From the NCBI RefSeq assembly GCF_009914755.1, contig NC_060947.1: a stretch of 64,000 nucleotides of DNA; one strand, written 5' to 3'. Made by a program: the position numbers and the translations under genes. Positions 1 to 22,782 of the stretch are shown piece after piece; position 1 is the first letter of the stretch; the number at the start of each line of letters is the position of its first letter. Origin of the DNA: the human T2T-CHM13v2.0 reference genome, Homo sapiens. The notes under the pieces are model-generated. The model saw only the letters and a list, made by a program, of their open reading frames with translations, made no database searches and was not told the DNA's origin.

Positions 1-5986
<5,986 letters not shown>

Positions 5987-5989
5987 AAA

Positions 5990-6070
5990 ATTCCTTCTTG
6001 CTTGGGGGAGATTAGTCTTTGTTCCATTAAAGCCTTCAATTGATAGTATCAGGCCGACCCACATTATACC
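5990..6070. mobile_element. MLT2-like (ERVL) LTR fragment
   Basis: agtctttgttccattaaagccttcaattga...cccacattat resembles the MLT2 copy at 31280-31360 in this window. Confidence 0.5.
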
Positions 6071-6249
6071 CTTTATTTTTTAATGTTAATTTGTGCCTTC
6101 TTTATTTTTGAAATCATACTTGCCAAAAACTTTTGTATTCTATTAATCTTTTCAAATAAATATTATTTCCTCTTATCCATCTACTCCATGGTTCTATTAT
6201 TGTTTGTTTTCTATTTCAGTAATTATTAATTTCATCTTAATTATTTTTG

Positions 6250-8190
6250 TTTTTTATTTGTTTTTCTTAATGTTTAATTTTTGCAAGTACATAGTAGGTG
6301 TATATTTTTATCAGGCACATGAGATATTTTGATACTGGCATGCAATGCTTAATAATCACATCAGATTAAATAGGGTACTCATTACCTCAAGCATTTACCC
6401 TTTGTGTTACAAACAATCCAATTATACTCTTTTAGTTATTTTAAAAAGTATAATTAAATTGCTATTGACTATAGTCAGCCTGTTGTGCTATCAAATACTA
6501 GATCTTATTCATTCTATCAATTTTTTTGTACCCATTAACCACCTTCACTTCCCAGACTCTGGTAACCATTCTTCTGCCCTCTATCTCCATGAATTCAATT
6601 GTTTTAATTTTTAGATCCCATAGTAAATGAGAACATGTGATGTTTGTCTTTCTGTGTCTGGCTTATTTCATTTAACATAATGACCTCCCATTCCATCCAT
6701 GTTGTTGCAAATGACAGGATCTCTTTTCATTTTCGTGGCTGAATAGTAGTACTACATTGTGATATGTACATTTTCTTTATCCATTTGTCTGTTGATGGAC
6801 ACTTAATGTTGCTTCCAAATCTTGGCTGTTGTGAACAGTGCTGCAATAAACATGAGAGTACAGATATCACTTTGATATACTGATTTCCTTTCTTTTGGGT
6901 ATATACCAAGCAGTTGGATTGCTAGATCATATGGTAGCCCTATTTTTAACTTTTGAGGAACCTCCAAACTGTTTTTGTTAGTGGTACTAATTTACATTCC
7001 CATCGACAGTGTACGAGGATTCCCTTTTCTCCACATCCTCTCCAGCACTTGCTATTGCCTGTCTTTTGGACAGAAGTCATTTTAATGGAGGTGAAATGAT
7101 ATCTCATTGTAGTTTTGATGTGCATTTCTCTGATGATCAGTGATGTTGAGCACCTTTTCATATGTCTATTTGCCATTTGTATGTTTTGTTTTGAAAAATG
7201 TCTATTCAGATCTTTTAGCCATTTTAAAATCAGATTATTTGATTTTTTTCCTATTGAGTTGTTTCAGCTCCTTGTACATTTTGCATATTAATCCCTTGTC
7301 AGATAAATAGTTTGCAGATATTCTTTTTCATTCCGTAGGTTGTATCTTCACTTCGTTGTTTCCTTTGTTGTGCAGAAGCTTTTTAATTTGATGTGATCCC
7401 ATTTGCCTATTTTTGCTTTGGTTGCCTGTGCTTGTGGGGTATTACTCAAGAAATTTTTTGCCCAGACCAATGTCCTGAACAGTTTCCCCAGTGTTTTATT
7501 TTAGTGTTTTCATAGTTTGAAGTCTTAGATTTAATTCTTTAATTGATTTTGATTTTATTTTTGTATAAAGCAAGAGATAGGAATCAAGTTTCATTTTTTT
7601 GCATATGAATATCCAGTTTTCTCAGCACTATGTATTGAAGAGACTGTCTTCCCCAATGTATATCTTTGTTGAAAATGAGTTCATTGTAGGTGAATGGATA
7701 TTTTTCTGGGTTCTCTATTCTGTTCCATTGGTCTATGTGTCTGGTTTTTTTTGTTTTTTTTTTTTTGCCAGTACCATGCCCTTTTGGTTACTATAGCTCT
7801 GTAGTGTAATTTGAAGTTAGGTAATATGATTCCTCCAGTGTTATTCTTTTTGTTCAGTGTAGCTTTGGCTATTCTGGGTCTTTTATGACTCCATATAAAT
7901 TTTAGGTTTGTTTTTTCTATTTCTGTGCAGAATGTAATTGGTATTTTGATAGGGATTGTGTTGTATCTGTAGATTGCTTTGGGTAATATGGGCATTTTAA
8001 CAATAGTGATTCTTCCAATCCATGAACATGGAATATTTTCTCCTTTTTTGGTGTCCTCTTCAATTTCTTTCATCAGCGTTTATAGTTTTCATTGTAAAGA
8101 TATTTCACTTCTTTGGTTAACTCCAGGTATTTAATTTTACTTTTGGCTATTATAAATGGGATTTTTTTTTCATTTCTTTTTCAATTGCCT
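6250..8190 (-). mobile_element. Old LINE-1 (L1MA-type), 3' part of ORF2 and 3'UTR
   Basis: ORFs 7681-8073 ([23 protein letters not shown]) and 6946-7176 ([13 protein letters not shown]...CWRGCGEKG), plus an L1M-type 3'UTR. Confidence 0.9.
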
Positions 8191-8199
8191 ATTATTGTT

Positions 8200-9075
8200 A
8201 TTGTGGTAAAATATACATAACATAAAATTTGACATTTTTACCATTTTTAAGTGTAGAGTTCACTGGGATTAAGTAAATTTACATTATTGTTCAATCATCA
8301 CCACCATCCATTTCCAGAACCTTTTCATTCTCAAGCTGAAAGTTCACAACTATTAAACAATTACTCCATTCTCAAACTGAAAGTTCACAACTATTAAACA
8401 CTTACTCCATATTACCCTTTTCCTCAAGCCCCTCGTAACTTTCTGTCTCTGAATTTGACTACTTTAGGTAACTTATATCAGTGTAAACACACAATATTTG
8501 CAATTTTATGTCTGGATTATTTCACTTAGCATAGTGTCTTCTAGGTTTATCTATGTTGCAGCATGTGTCAGAATTTCCTTCTTTTTAAGGCTGAATAATA
8601 GCCTATTATATGTATAGACCACATTTTATTTATCCATTCCTCCACTGATGGACATTTGGGTTGTTTCCACTTTCCCATTTTCTTTTATAATTGCATTTTT
8701 ATGGATTTTATTTATTTGATATTGTTTGATTCTATTCACATACCATAAAATTTACCTCTTTTTTGAAGTGTACTTTTTTATGATATTAGTATATTCACAA
8801 TGCTCTGGAACTATTACAACTATCTAGTTCCAAAATATTTTCAACACCCCAAACAGAAACCCTATACCTGTTAGCAATCACTAGCAATTCTTCCTTCCCC
8901 CACTGCAGCCTCTGGCAACCACGAATCTACTTTCTGATTATATGGATTTGCCTATTCTGGATATTTCATATAAATGGAATTTCACAATATGTGGCATTTT
9001 GCTTCTGGCTTTTGTCACTTAGCATAAAGTTTTCAAGGATCACCTGCATGTAACATGTATCAGTACTTCATTCCT
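8200..9075 (-). mobile_element. Old LINE-1 (L1MB/ME-type) 3'UTR fragments
   Basis: Typical L1M 3' motifs (gtggtaaaatatacataacataaaattt; ttcacttagcata). A tandem duplication of about 41 bp lies at 8326-8410. Confidence 0.7.
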
Positions 9076-9119
9076 TGTTTTTTTTTTAAACACAGGATCT
9101 CACCCTGTCACCTAGGCTG

Positions 9120-10410
9120 ACTTAAAACTACATAGAAGCTGCCAAGGCTTATGGCTTGTACCTTCCGAAGCAGTGGCTGGAGCTGTACTTGGGGCCCTTT
9201 GAGCTGGTGCTAGAGGGGCTTGGATGGGTGGTGAAGTGTCCTGAGGCTGCACAAACCAGTGGTGCCCCAGGCCTGGCCCCCTAAACCATTATTTCCTACT
9301 AAGCCTCTGGGACTGTGATGGGAGGGGCTGTCCCAAAGACTTCTAAAATGCCTTTGAGGCCTTTTCCCCACTGTGTTGGATATTACCACTTGGCTCTCTT
9401 TTGAGTCATGCTAATCTCTCTAGCAAGTGGTTGCTGTGCAGCCTGCTTGGATTCTTCCCCTGAAAATACTTTTCTTTCTCTGCCACAGGGCCAGGCTGCA
9501 CATTTTCTAAACATTTGGACTCTGCTTTTAAATGTGAGTCCCAACCTTAAGTCATTCCATTGCTCCCATATTGGATCATAGGTTGTTAGAAACAGCCACA
9601 CCACTTCTTGAATGCTTTGCTGCTTAGAAGTTTCTTCCACCAGTACCCTAAGTCCTCACTCTTAAGTTCAACCTTCCACGGTTCCTTAGGACCTGGACAC
9701 AATGCAGCCAAGCTCTTTGATAAGGCATAACAAGGGTGATCTTTCCTCCAGTTCCCAATAACTTCCTCATTTCCATCTAAGACCTCATCGGCCTGGCTTT
9801 CACTGTCCATATTTCTATCAGCATTTTTGTTACAACCACTTAACCAGTCTCTAAGAAGTTCCCAACTTTCCCTCGTTTTCCCTGTCTTCTGAGACCTCCA
9901 AACTCTTCTAGCATCTGCCCATTACCCAGTTCCAAAGCTGCTTCCCCATTTTCAGGTAACTTCATATTAATACCCCAACCTTAGTACCAGTTTTCTATAT
10001 CAGTTCGTTCTTGCATTGCTGTAAAGAAATACCTGAGGCTGGGTAGTTTGTAAAGAAAAGTGGTTTAATTGGCTCCTGGTTCTGCAGGCTGTACAGGAAG
10101 CATGATGCCAGCATCTGCTTCTGATGAGGGCCTCAGGAAGCTTCTAATCATGGCAGAAGGAGAAGGGGGAGCAAGCTCATCAAATGGCGAAAACCAGAGG
10201 AAGACAGGGGGAGGTGCCACACTCTTTTGAATAACCAGATCTCATGTGAACTCAGAGCAAGAACTAATTTATCATCAAGGGGATGGACCTAAGCCATTCA
10301 TGAGGGATCCACCTCCATGATCCAAACACCTCCCACCTGGCCCCACCTCCAACACTGCTGATTACCTTTCAACATGAGATTTGGAGGGGACAAACATCCA
10401 AACCATATCA
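9120..10410 (-). mobile_element. MaLR (MST-type) 5' LTR (about 9997-10410) with adjacent truncated internal region
   Basis: The LTR begins TGATATGGTTTGG on the minus strand at 10410. Internal ORF remnants (ADEVLDGNEEVIGNWRKDHPCYAL; SKQQSIQEVVWLFL) are typical of THE1/MST-int. Confidence 0.88.
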
Positions 10411-11349
10411 AATGGTAATCATGTGAGGTGATGGATGTGCTAATTAGCTTGATTGTGGTAATCATTTCACAATGTGTATGTATATATATCAAATCATCAC
10501 ATTGTACATCTTAAATATACACAATTTTTATTTTTCAGCTATATCTTAATAAAGGTTGGAAAAAATTGTAGCATTTCTTTCCCCTATTTTTGGCTGCATG
10601 CATACCATGTAGAGTCACCATATAAAGTTTTTCAGTTTGTTGACTTAAAAGGCACAGGACCAAGAGTGTGAATGGGGACTGCAATTAACCCATACTCTGC
10701 TCTCTAACTTGTATATCCTAGTTTGGTCCTGCCCCATCCAAGAGAAGAGAGCGCCATTTCGCCATTTTGTAGTTCAACTACTTAGAGGACACATCTCAGC
10801 ATGATTTGTCTTCTTGAAGAGGGTACCTTTTAGTACTTTGTATAAATATCTGATATGTATCGGTGGAAATCCTAGAATAATGGATACTATTTTCCTATCC
10901 TGGAATTCGGGCCACCTCACAGCCTTTAGTCTAGCCGAGACTAATAACCGGTTATAAAATGCCCCTCATAATTCCCTCCAAAGGTCTGGTGATTGTAACT
11001 GGCTCTGTGGTATAATTTTTAAATCAGAATTCTTTAGTTGCAGACCACAGCAATTGATTTTGCATAACTTAAACAAAAAGGAATATTTAGAAGGATATTG
11101 GAATTACTGAAATCTAAATTGACATGCTGAAAAACAAGGCCTCAGGGAGGTCAGGAACCATCAAGCTCGAGACATTTAGGTAGCAGAACCTCAGTCTCTA
11201 TAGTCCCCAGTCAGGTTTAAAAATTCAAGGATGGGGAATCTGATTATTTCACTAAGAGGGATGGGAACTTTCATCAGAACAAGGTCAGTGAAAGAATGCT
11301 GGACAAACCAAGCAATAGTTACCAAAGGAGACAAAAAAGCAAGGTGTCA

Positions 11350-12240
11350 ACATCCAAGTGGAGATGTTGAGTAAACCTTTAAATATATAAGTCTGAATCT
11401 CAGAGGAGAGGGCTAGACTAGGATAAACGATTGGGAATCATAAAGATAACTGAAATAATGGGCATGGTGTAGATTGCCCAGAAAGAGAGTGAGAGGCCAT
11501 ACAGCCCTCCAGCTCTGTTGCCCAAGGGCAGGAGCACTTACTACACAGTAATTGTAGCTGGAGGATTGTTCCTATTTTGGGGAGTGCAAAAAAATATTCC
11601 TAGAGATTGGGAAGAGTGTAGGGTGTGAGACTATAACACTGTGCTGAGAACATTCCATTTCATAAGAATGAACGTGTTATGTGAAGATTTTAATGGAATG
11701 TAACATCTTTCTGTCAAAGTTACAATAAATGCCATCTTATTTTTTCTGTAACATTTATCATTTATATTGCACCAGGGCCTGTGTTGAGTGTTTTATGAGT
11801 ATCATCTTATTTAATCCTCACAACAAATTAATGAGGTAGGTATTATTATCAACCACATTTTACAGTTTGGTTACCGAAATCTCAGAGAGTTTAAGTAATT
11901 TACTCAAGGTCATGTTGCTAAAAAGGGTAGAAATGGGACTTACGTAAGGTCTACCAGAATTTAAAAAAATTTCTACTCTATATAAGATGATACAGCAACA
12001 CAAACATTAGCTATGGTTTAGGATTCTTGAGCCCCTACTGTGTAGCATGCAATGTGCTGAATATTTTACATTATCTCATTTAATCTTAATAAAACCTTAT
12101 ACAGAAAGTACCGTCATTATCCCTACCTAACTGATAAAACTAAGACCTGGAAATATTAATTTCCTGGTTGTCACACAGTCAGTAAGTGGTAGAGTCAGTA
12201 CTTGAAGACATTTGCTTGATTCTAAGGCTTATATGTTTCA
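11350..12240. repeat. L2 fragment (about 11350-11500) and two MIR fragments (about 11770-11950 and 12030-12230)
   Basis: MIR core motifs (atttaatcctcacaac...aggtaggtattattatc; gtcacacag..agtaagtggtagag) and the L2 motif ggagatgttgagta...tcagaggagagg. Confidence 0.6.
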
Positions 12241-12403
12241 CCAACACGCACTTTTCTCTAACAAAGATAACCAAATCTTATAAGAGTGGCTCTCTTCTCT
12301 GGCTTTGTACTAGAATCACCTGCGAAGTTTTAAAAAAATGATGCTGAGCCTCATCATCAAAGATTCTGATATAATTTAACAGTAATGTGGACAAGTCATT
12401 GGG

Positions 12404-14177
<1,774 letters not shown>

Positions 14178-14231
14178 TAGTGAATGTCTACTCTGTGCCA
14201 AACACTTTCTAGGCATTTACATTCTAGCAGG

Positions 14232-14680
14232 ATGTATCAGTTAGCTATTGCCACAGTGATGTGTAACAATAACCACGAAATTTCCGTGGCATGAAAAATT
14301 AATCACTTATTAAGAATTTATCTTCACAGATCTGGAGGCCAGCTGGGACTCAGATGATTAAAGAGGGCTCTGTTGGGTAACTTTATTCAGGCTGGGGTCA
14401 CTGTACTTTCCTTGCCGCAGTACTGTGGGTAAGCTATGGTGGCTCTGCTTCATGTATTTCTCATCCTCCTTAGACCAGTGAACTAGCTGGGTCTCGTTTC
14501 TCTGTGGCTTCTTTCATGAATCATAAGAGATGACATGTCCAACTCTGGTTTCACTCCATTAACCAAAGTCTCATGAATGAGCTCAAAGACAGGAGGTAGG
14601 AAAATAAGCTCCAGTTTTTTGTGTGCGGATTTGCAAAGTTCATGACAAAGGTTGAGAAAGGGGCCAGTAATTCAATTTAG
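14232..14680. mobile_element. Old MLT1-type LTR, inside L2 remnant sequence
   Basis: The terminus tgtatcagttagctattgcc...tgtaacaa is characteristic of MLT1I/J-like LTRs. Confidence 0.5.
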
Positions 14681-15418
14681 GTGGGAAAGACTAACAAAGA
14701 ACAATAAGCCTAATACATAAGTAAATTATCAAATATATTAGAAGGTGATAAGTAATATTTCAAGATTCTAATGTGTAGCTAAGACTGAGAACTACTGATC
14801 TTACAGTGTCAAACCTGGAAAGAAACCTGGTCTAACGTTCCTTGAACCATTTTGAAAATAGTAAAGCAGACCGTTCTCCCAGAAAGGAGAAGAATCTTAT
14901 TCGAGGTCCATGGATGGATAGAAATGGAGCTAGGACCCAGGTCTTCTGATTCTTTAGATTATTTCTCTTATACCACAGTATTCCAATCTGTAGTCTTAGA
15001 ATTCTCCCTTTATTGATGGCACCAAAAATATGTTGTGGAAGGACATCATCATTCTTACTTCTCTTGATCTCAGACATTAGAAGTATGCTACCTAATTCCT
15101 ATACTTCTCTTAGTGACTCAATTCAGAGCCCAATTTGACATTCTCCATATTTGTACCCTTCAAAACTTTATACACATTCTATCCTCTTTCAGCTTTTTTT
15201 TCTCTTCAAGTTGAAGACTGTTAGTTTTGGTCTGTCTTCATGTGATTCCCCAGGGTGCTACCTCAGCTGTCTGCTTGGTTATTGGGCCTTCTCTTTTCTC
15301 CAGCTCTCTAATGCCTTGAATGAAGAGTATTTCTTGAGTTACTTTTTTACTCTGAGCATCCACTAGGCCTTATAGTCACCGTTGCTGTTCTGGATTACAG
15401 TCTTCTTGATTTGCCAGG

Positions 15419-15488
15419 ATGAACAATCAGAAGAAAAGAAAATATATGGAACTTGCTTGTACCTGGAGTTTATTGTCTGGAGAGAATG
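15419..15488 (+). other. Candidate short first coding exon of the NLR pseudogene (MNNQKKRKYMELACTWSLLSGEN, phase-1 donor)
   Basis: ATG with A at -3, 23 open codons plus G, then G|GTGAGT. The phase fits the NACHT exon acceptor (G+AT = Asp). No homology support. Confidence 0.3.
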
Positions 15489-16417
15489 GTGAGTAACTGA
15501 ATGAAATAAGAAATGGTATATACTAGGTAAGTCTATTCATTCTCTTTCTCCTGTTTCTTTTCCTCATACCCTTGGAGATTCTTCTGAAACTTTAAAATGT
15601 TGTTAGATGTGAATTACTTGGATACAGTATTTACCCATTAATCTCTTGAAACTGTCTCCACAATTTTTATGTTGCCTAAAATAAGGATAAAGACGGAGAA
15701 GAGGCAACTGTGGTTTCTGTTGTTTTCCATAATCCCCCAAACATTTACAATTATAAAAGACTCCAAGTCTCTTCCTTTAATGTAACCAGAGCTTTTCACA
15801 GGAGACAGCACAGAAGAACAAAGAGTGAAGATTGCTGGAGTCCTGCCTCTTGTGGCTGATTCCTGAAATCCAAGGAATGTTTAGTTGTGGGGAACAGAAA
15901 CCAGTTATTCTCAACAGACCACTCACTTGCCTGCTCATTTCTGTGACAGTCTAATGTCTGCCCGTCCACACCCTGCTTCTTCCCATTCACCTGTTAGCAC
16001 CCATCTAGTCACAACTTCTTCTCCACTCTAATCTTACTCTTGCTTTTAAAAGTGTGCAAGAAGTAAACAATTATAGGAATGTGGAGTTGTGTGTGTGCTT
16101 GTGTATTCTTATTTATATATCTATATGTAAAGTATCTGGATTGAGTGTGTGTAAAATATGTATTTGAATGTAGATCATCATATATATCTTATATATCTAT
16201 CAAATTAATATTCAGCAAAGCCCTGTTCTTTCCCATTAGCAAGTTAGGCTCAACGGAAGCCACAACAGAAGCAAGAGGGTAATATTCAGTGGAAAGAAAA
16301 TAGCAGAAAACAATCACTTCAAATAATGTATGAATCTTTAAGCTCATGCCTAAAATTTTCCTTATTGATGATATAAATTAAAATATCCACAGCTAAATAT
16401 ATGCATAAGGGAAATTC

Positions 16418-16742
<325 letters not shown>

Positions 16743-17279
16743 TAGCTATAAAATACCTTTGTGAGTAAGTTAGAAAAGATGTGAGATGATTTACTTCCTT
16801 TGTTGTATTTCTGTTTGGGGAGCAGCATGAATGGCTGTTACAGTGTGGCAAAATTTCTGTGCATTTCAGGTTTTGGTATAAAGGTGTATTTGTGCTACTC
16901 CTAACTTTAACTCTTTCTTCCACAGTTGCTTCAAATTCTCTGGCTTCGTTTTCATGTAAAGAGCTTACAGGTAGATGTCTTTTCTATTTTACTCTCTTTT
17001 TCTGTTTTGAGAATAGTATTTTCCAAGAACCCAACTACCCATCCCTACCCCGCCCTGCTCCTCTCTAATTTTTCCCTCTTATTCACTGGGGCAACAATCA
17101 TTGCTTTTTTGGCAACTATAAAGCCCCAAACTGTCACGACAAATAGGGCTTCTATATCATATAGAATATATTCAAATACCTATTCGAATACTGGGAGGAC
17201 CACTGGTGGTGGTGGTCAAGAGCTAGATGTAGAAAATTTTATTCTGAGAAAAGGCCAGTCCTCTTCTGGAATTATCTAG

Positions 17280-18030
17280 ATCAGGGCCAGCAAACTATAG
17301 CTAGTGAGTCAAACCCAACCAGTTGCCTATTTTTGTAAATAAAGCTTTATTGGAATACAGCTATTTGTTTACATATTATCTATGGCTACTTTCACAGTAA
17401 GATGGCAGAGTTGAGCAATTGCAACAGAGACCGAAAAGCCTAAACTATTTAAGAAATTTTACAGAAAATGTTTGCCAACCGTTATCTCTATTAGCGTTCC
17501 CCAAACTGAGTTCTAGGAACAGTTATGCAATAATTAGTAACTTTGCTGTTAGAAAAGGGTTCTGTAGTCATTTAAGACCAGAAAACTTTGGGTTAAACAC
17601 AGTTAAACAGCCTTTTTCAACTGTAGGAGAGTTAAAGAATGTTTCATATGCTAGTACAAGAGCCTTTCATATGCTAATAAGCATTGAGAAACTCTAAGAG
17701 ACTACAGGGTGCACTCCCCTCAACTTATTAATGTCTTGCAGACAGTTTTCCAGGGAACCCTGATTTGGGAAATACTGGCATAGACATTCACTTAACGTAA
17801 GTTTGTACTTGATGTCACTTACTAGCATTGGACAAATTACCTAAAGCTATGTAAAGCAGCACTGGCTACATAATTTGTGGGATACAGTACAAAATGAAAA
17901 TGCAAAACCTCTTTGTCAAGTATTAAGAATTTCAAGACAGCAATAGCAGAGCATTAAACCAAGTATACATCCTTCTGAGCATGGAGACCTGTGTGACTGC
18001 ACAGACTGCACACTCATGAAGGTGGCCCTG
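17280..18030. mobile_element. Cluster of non-autonomous hAT DNA transposon relics (MER58A-like about 17280-17480; MER45-like about 17858-18030)
   Basis: cagggccagcaaactat...gtaaataaagctttattggaa...tttgccaacc, and ggctacataatttgtggg...aaaatgaaaatgc...ggccctg. Confidence 0.6.
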
Positions 18031-18194
18031 ATTATAAGTTTCTATTTCCTCAACTATCAAATGTAGGTAATACCTACTTCATGGGATTATTGTGAGAATT
18101 AAATCAGAAATGTACATAAAGGTCCTAACAGTATCTGTCACAGAATAGGCAATAATAAATAACTTGTTTGTAATCCAAAAGCATTTATAGCCAT

Positions 18195-19400
<1,206 letters not shown>

Positions 19401-19474
19401 GTGGTGATGGAGGTACTAGTTAGAGTTGTTGTCTAGGATTCTATAATTACTAACTCTTGCTGTCACCATGTTAG

Positions 19475-21130
19475 ATTACCAGGAAGTATTCAGAAAACAT
19501 CTAAAAGAAAAATACCTAAAGATAGGAGTTGATAAATGTTATCAGCATGGCAAGCATATAGAGTCACGACTGCTTCTTGTAAAAGACCATGGTATATCAG
19601 AAGAGACACCATATGGAATTCCTCAACAAGATCATTTTATTGACATGGAACATGTATTTGATTCTAATGAAGAGGGCTCCAGCTCACCCCGAACTGTGGT
19701 GCTTCAGGCATGTGCTGGGACTGGAAAAACAGCTGTGGTGCACAAGTTCATGTTTGACTGGGCAGCAGGAACGGTTACTCCAGGCAGGTGTGACTATCTC
19801 ATCTACGTCAACTGCATTGAAATCAGCCATATTGCTAACCTTAGTTCTGCTGACCTTATACTAACACTTTTCAAAATATAAATGGACCAATCTTGGACAC
19901 TATTCTCATATATCCAAAGATTCTGCTCATTCTCGACAGATTTCCTGAGCTGCAGGACCCTGTTGGTGACCAAGAAGAGGATCTTAGTGTTCACCCCCAG
20001 GAGAGGAGGCCAGTAGAGAGTCTCTTGTGCAGTTTTGTGAGGAAAAAACTGTTCCCCGAATCCTCCCTCCTGATAACTGCCCGGCCTACAGCCATGAAGA
20101 AGCTCCACTCTCTGTTAAAACAACCTATCCAGGCAGAGATATTATGGTTTACAGATACCGAAAAGAGAGCATATTTATTGAGCCAGTTTTCAGGTGCTAA
20201 TACAACAATGAAAGTCTTTTATGATCTTTGAGAGAATGAAGACCTTGACATTATGTCTTCACTTCCCATCGTCTCCTGGATGATATGCAATGTCCTGCAG
20301 TCACAGGGAGATGGTGACAGGACTCTCTTGAGGTCACTTCAGACCATGACTGATGTGTATTTATTCTACTTTTCCAAGTGCCTCAAAACCCTTACAGGTA
20401 TCTCAGTATGGGAGGGACAAAGTTGCCTGTGGGGTCTTTGCCGTTTGGCTGCAGAGGGTCTGCAAAATCATCAGGTTTTGTTTGCAGTCAGTGACCTCAG
20501 AAGACATGGGATAGGAGTGTGTGATACCAACTGCACTTTTCTCAGTCGCTTTTTGAAAAAGGCTGAAGGAGCTGTCAGTGTCTACACTTTCCTTCACTTC
20601 AGTTTCCAAGAGTTCTTGACTGCTGTCTTCCATGCCCTGAAGAATGACAATAGCTGGATGTTTTTTTATCAAGCAGAGAAAATGTGGCAAGAAATGTTCC
20701 AACAATATGGAAAAGGTTTTTCATCACTAATGATATAATTCTTATTTGGCCTCTTACATAAAGGAAAAGGAAAGGCTGTGGAAACTACTTTTGGAAGAAA
20801 AGTTTCCCCAGGACTTCAAGAGGAGTTACTGAAGTGGACTGAGAGAGAAATAAAGGATAAGTCTTCTAGGTTACAGATTGAGCCGGTGGACCTGTTTCAC
20901 TGTTTGTATGAGATTCAGGAAGAAGAATATGCAAAAAGGATAATTGATGATTTACAGTCAATTATACTGCTTCAACCTACCTATACAAAAATGGACATTC
21001 TGGTTATGTCCTTCTGTGTAAAAAGCAGTCACAGTCACCTGTCAGTGTCTCTGAAGTGTCAGCACCTACTTGGATTTGAGGAGGAAGAGTGAGCCTCAAC
21101 ATTCGTGCCACCAGCCTTAACACTTAATCA
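19475..21130 (+). pseudogene. NACHT/WHD/HD2 exon, disabled
   Basis: Acceptor ttag|AT TAC (DYQEVFRKHL). Motifs: Walker A TVVLQACAGTGKT, degenerate Walker B LLILDRFPEL, sensor SLLITARP, YTFLHFSFQEFLTA, FLFGL, LFHCLYEIQEEEY. Frameshift at about 19876 and in-frame stops at 20229, 20736 and 21090. Probable donor CA|gtgcgt. Confidence 0.93.
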
Positions 21131-21191
21131 GTGCGTATATCCATGTCTTTCCTCCAGTTTTTATCCTTCCCAGACAACAGGCACTGTAGTA

Positions 21192-21194
<3 letters not shown>

Positions 21195-21228
<34 letters not shown>
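21195..21228. repeat. (TG)n microsatellite
   Basis: Directly visible. Confidence 0.97.
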
Positions 21229-21231
<3 letters not shown>

Positions 21232-22692
21232 TAGTATTCATTGTCACTGTGTGGATGTGGTTTGTAATTCTAAAGTGTTATGAGCATGTAAGGTCATCAA
21301 GTTGAAGACTCTGCTATTTTGGTGTAATGACCATTCTGGAAAAAGGTATAAACGTAACATTTGATTGGTTGTCACTCTCCTCTAAATATACTTCATCACT
21401 GAGGCCTCAAGGAACTTCAGGTTAGTAAGGGGCAGAGGTACACTCTTGTATTATCTTGCTATAAATCCTGGTTATTTCCATCAGAGCTTGCAACTTCACA
21501 GAAGGTCATGAGCTGAAGTTGAAAGAGGCTTAGGTAAGTTACTTTTATAATATGGACTCTGTATACCATAAAATACAGTCCTACTGGCTTACTGACTAAA
21601 GCAGCAAAGAAGACTTATACCTGTGTTATCTAGAAAATGCTGTAAGTCTGTTCTCAATATCTGGGTTAAGATTGATAATGCCTCTCCCTTAGTTTTCAGG
21701 CCAGTTGAGGGGCAGGGGACTGGGAGGAGAGGGGTCAGCAGAAAGCTCCACTTGAGGAATGAAATAACTCAAGTTGTGTCCCTTATAGTTGTATTTCTTG
21801 TGTGGGGAATAGCATAAAGGTGGAAATGAGCATGGGGTATGTGTGTTTGAGGGAAATGAGAGGGAGGGAGGCATTAACAAGAATTTGTGTTTGGAACTAG
21901 AGAGGGAAGGACCTCTAGTTCCTTCCCTCTCTAGTTTAAGAGAGGTTTAACGGACTCAGAATTATGAAAGACCTTGTCTACAAGGTCTTGACCAATTCTG
22001 TATATGTATATAATATACAGCCTTATTCCAGTTGTATATTATAAAGTAAAATAATGGACCAATACATTTAAAGTTGAAACACTGATGGAAACAAAGGGTC
22101 TTCTGGTTCATTCTGGGTTTCCAGAAAGTCAACCTTAGATGGCGTCCTCCCCTATAACCCTTATTGCCTTTATCAGAGGGCTTAAACTCTTATCAAAAAT
22201 TTAACCCAACATTCTTCTTTCCCAAGCGTATTGGCTATGTAAGAGTTTACTATTGAGCTTTCCTGGTTTTTAATTATTGTTATGAATTCTTCTATTAGTA
22301 CCGACAACCAAGAACCAGTTATATTGTAAAGTTAGCTTGGGCAAGTCACTTGACGACTCAGAGCATGTGGAAAATGGTGATTATAATACTTGTTATTGGA
22401 TTAAGGGCCAGATAAGATAATTTGTGAAAATAAAGTGCTTACCTCAGTGCCTGGCACATAGTAACATGGTTTTGGACTCAGACCTGAGTAATGACCTCAG
22501 TTCTGTACCTACCTATGTGACCTTGAGCAGATTACTTTTTGTGCCCTAATTTCCTTATCTGCAAAATGGGATAATACGTCTCAAGGTTTTGGGAAGGGGT
22601 AAATTAGTGCTACTAGCAAGGTAACAAAAGCCAAATAAGCCTTTTACTTAAGTTTTATTTTAAATTACTTTTTATTTCCTCATCTCTTTTAG

Positions 22693-22782
22693 GTCCTTTC
22701 AGCTGCGCAGTTTGCCAGTGTGTCAGCTACACCTGCTCTGCCAAGCACTGCGTACTCCATACTGTAAAATCAAAGACCTGAA
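22693..22782 (+). pseudogene. 90-bp LRR-type exon (SFQLRSLPVCQLHLLCQALRTPYCKIKDL)
   Basis: Polypyrimidine tract with tttag acceptor and AA|gtaagt donor. Open frame with the NLRP LLCxALxxPxCxIxxL motif. Confidence 0.85.

Noticed and set aside
10751-10769. Tandem YY1-like motifs (cgccattt x2) as a promoter
   Set aside because: These are short motifs without a CpG island or other support.
15300-15366. LSNALNEEYFLSYFFTL as a pyrin-domain start
   Set aside because: It only loosely resembles PYD helices 1-2, is followed at once by a stop and has no further PYD motifs.
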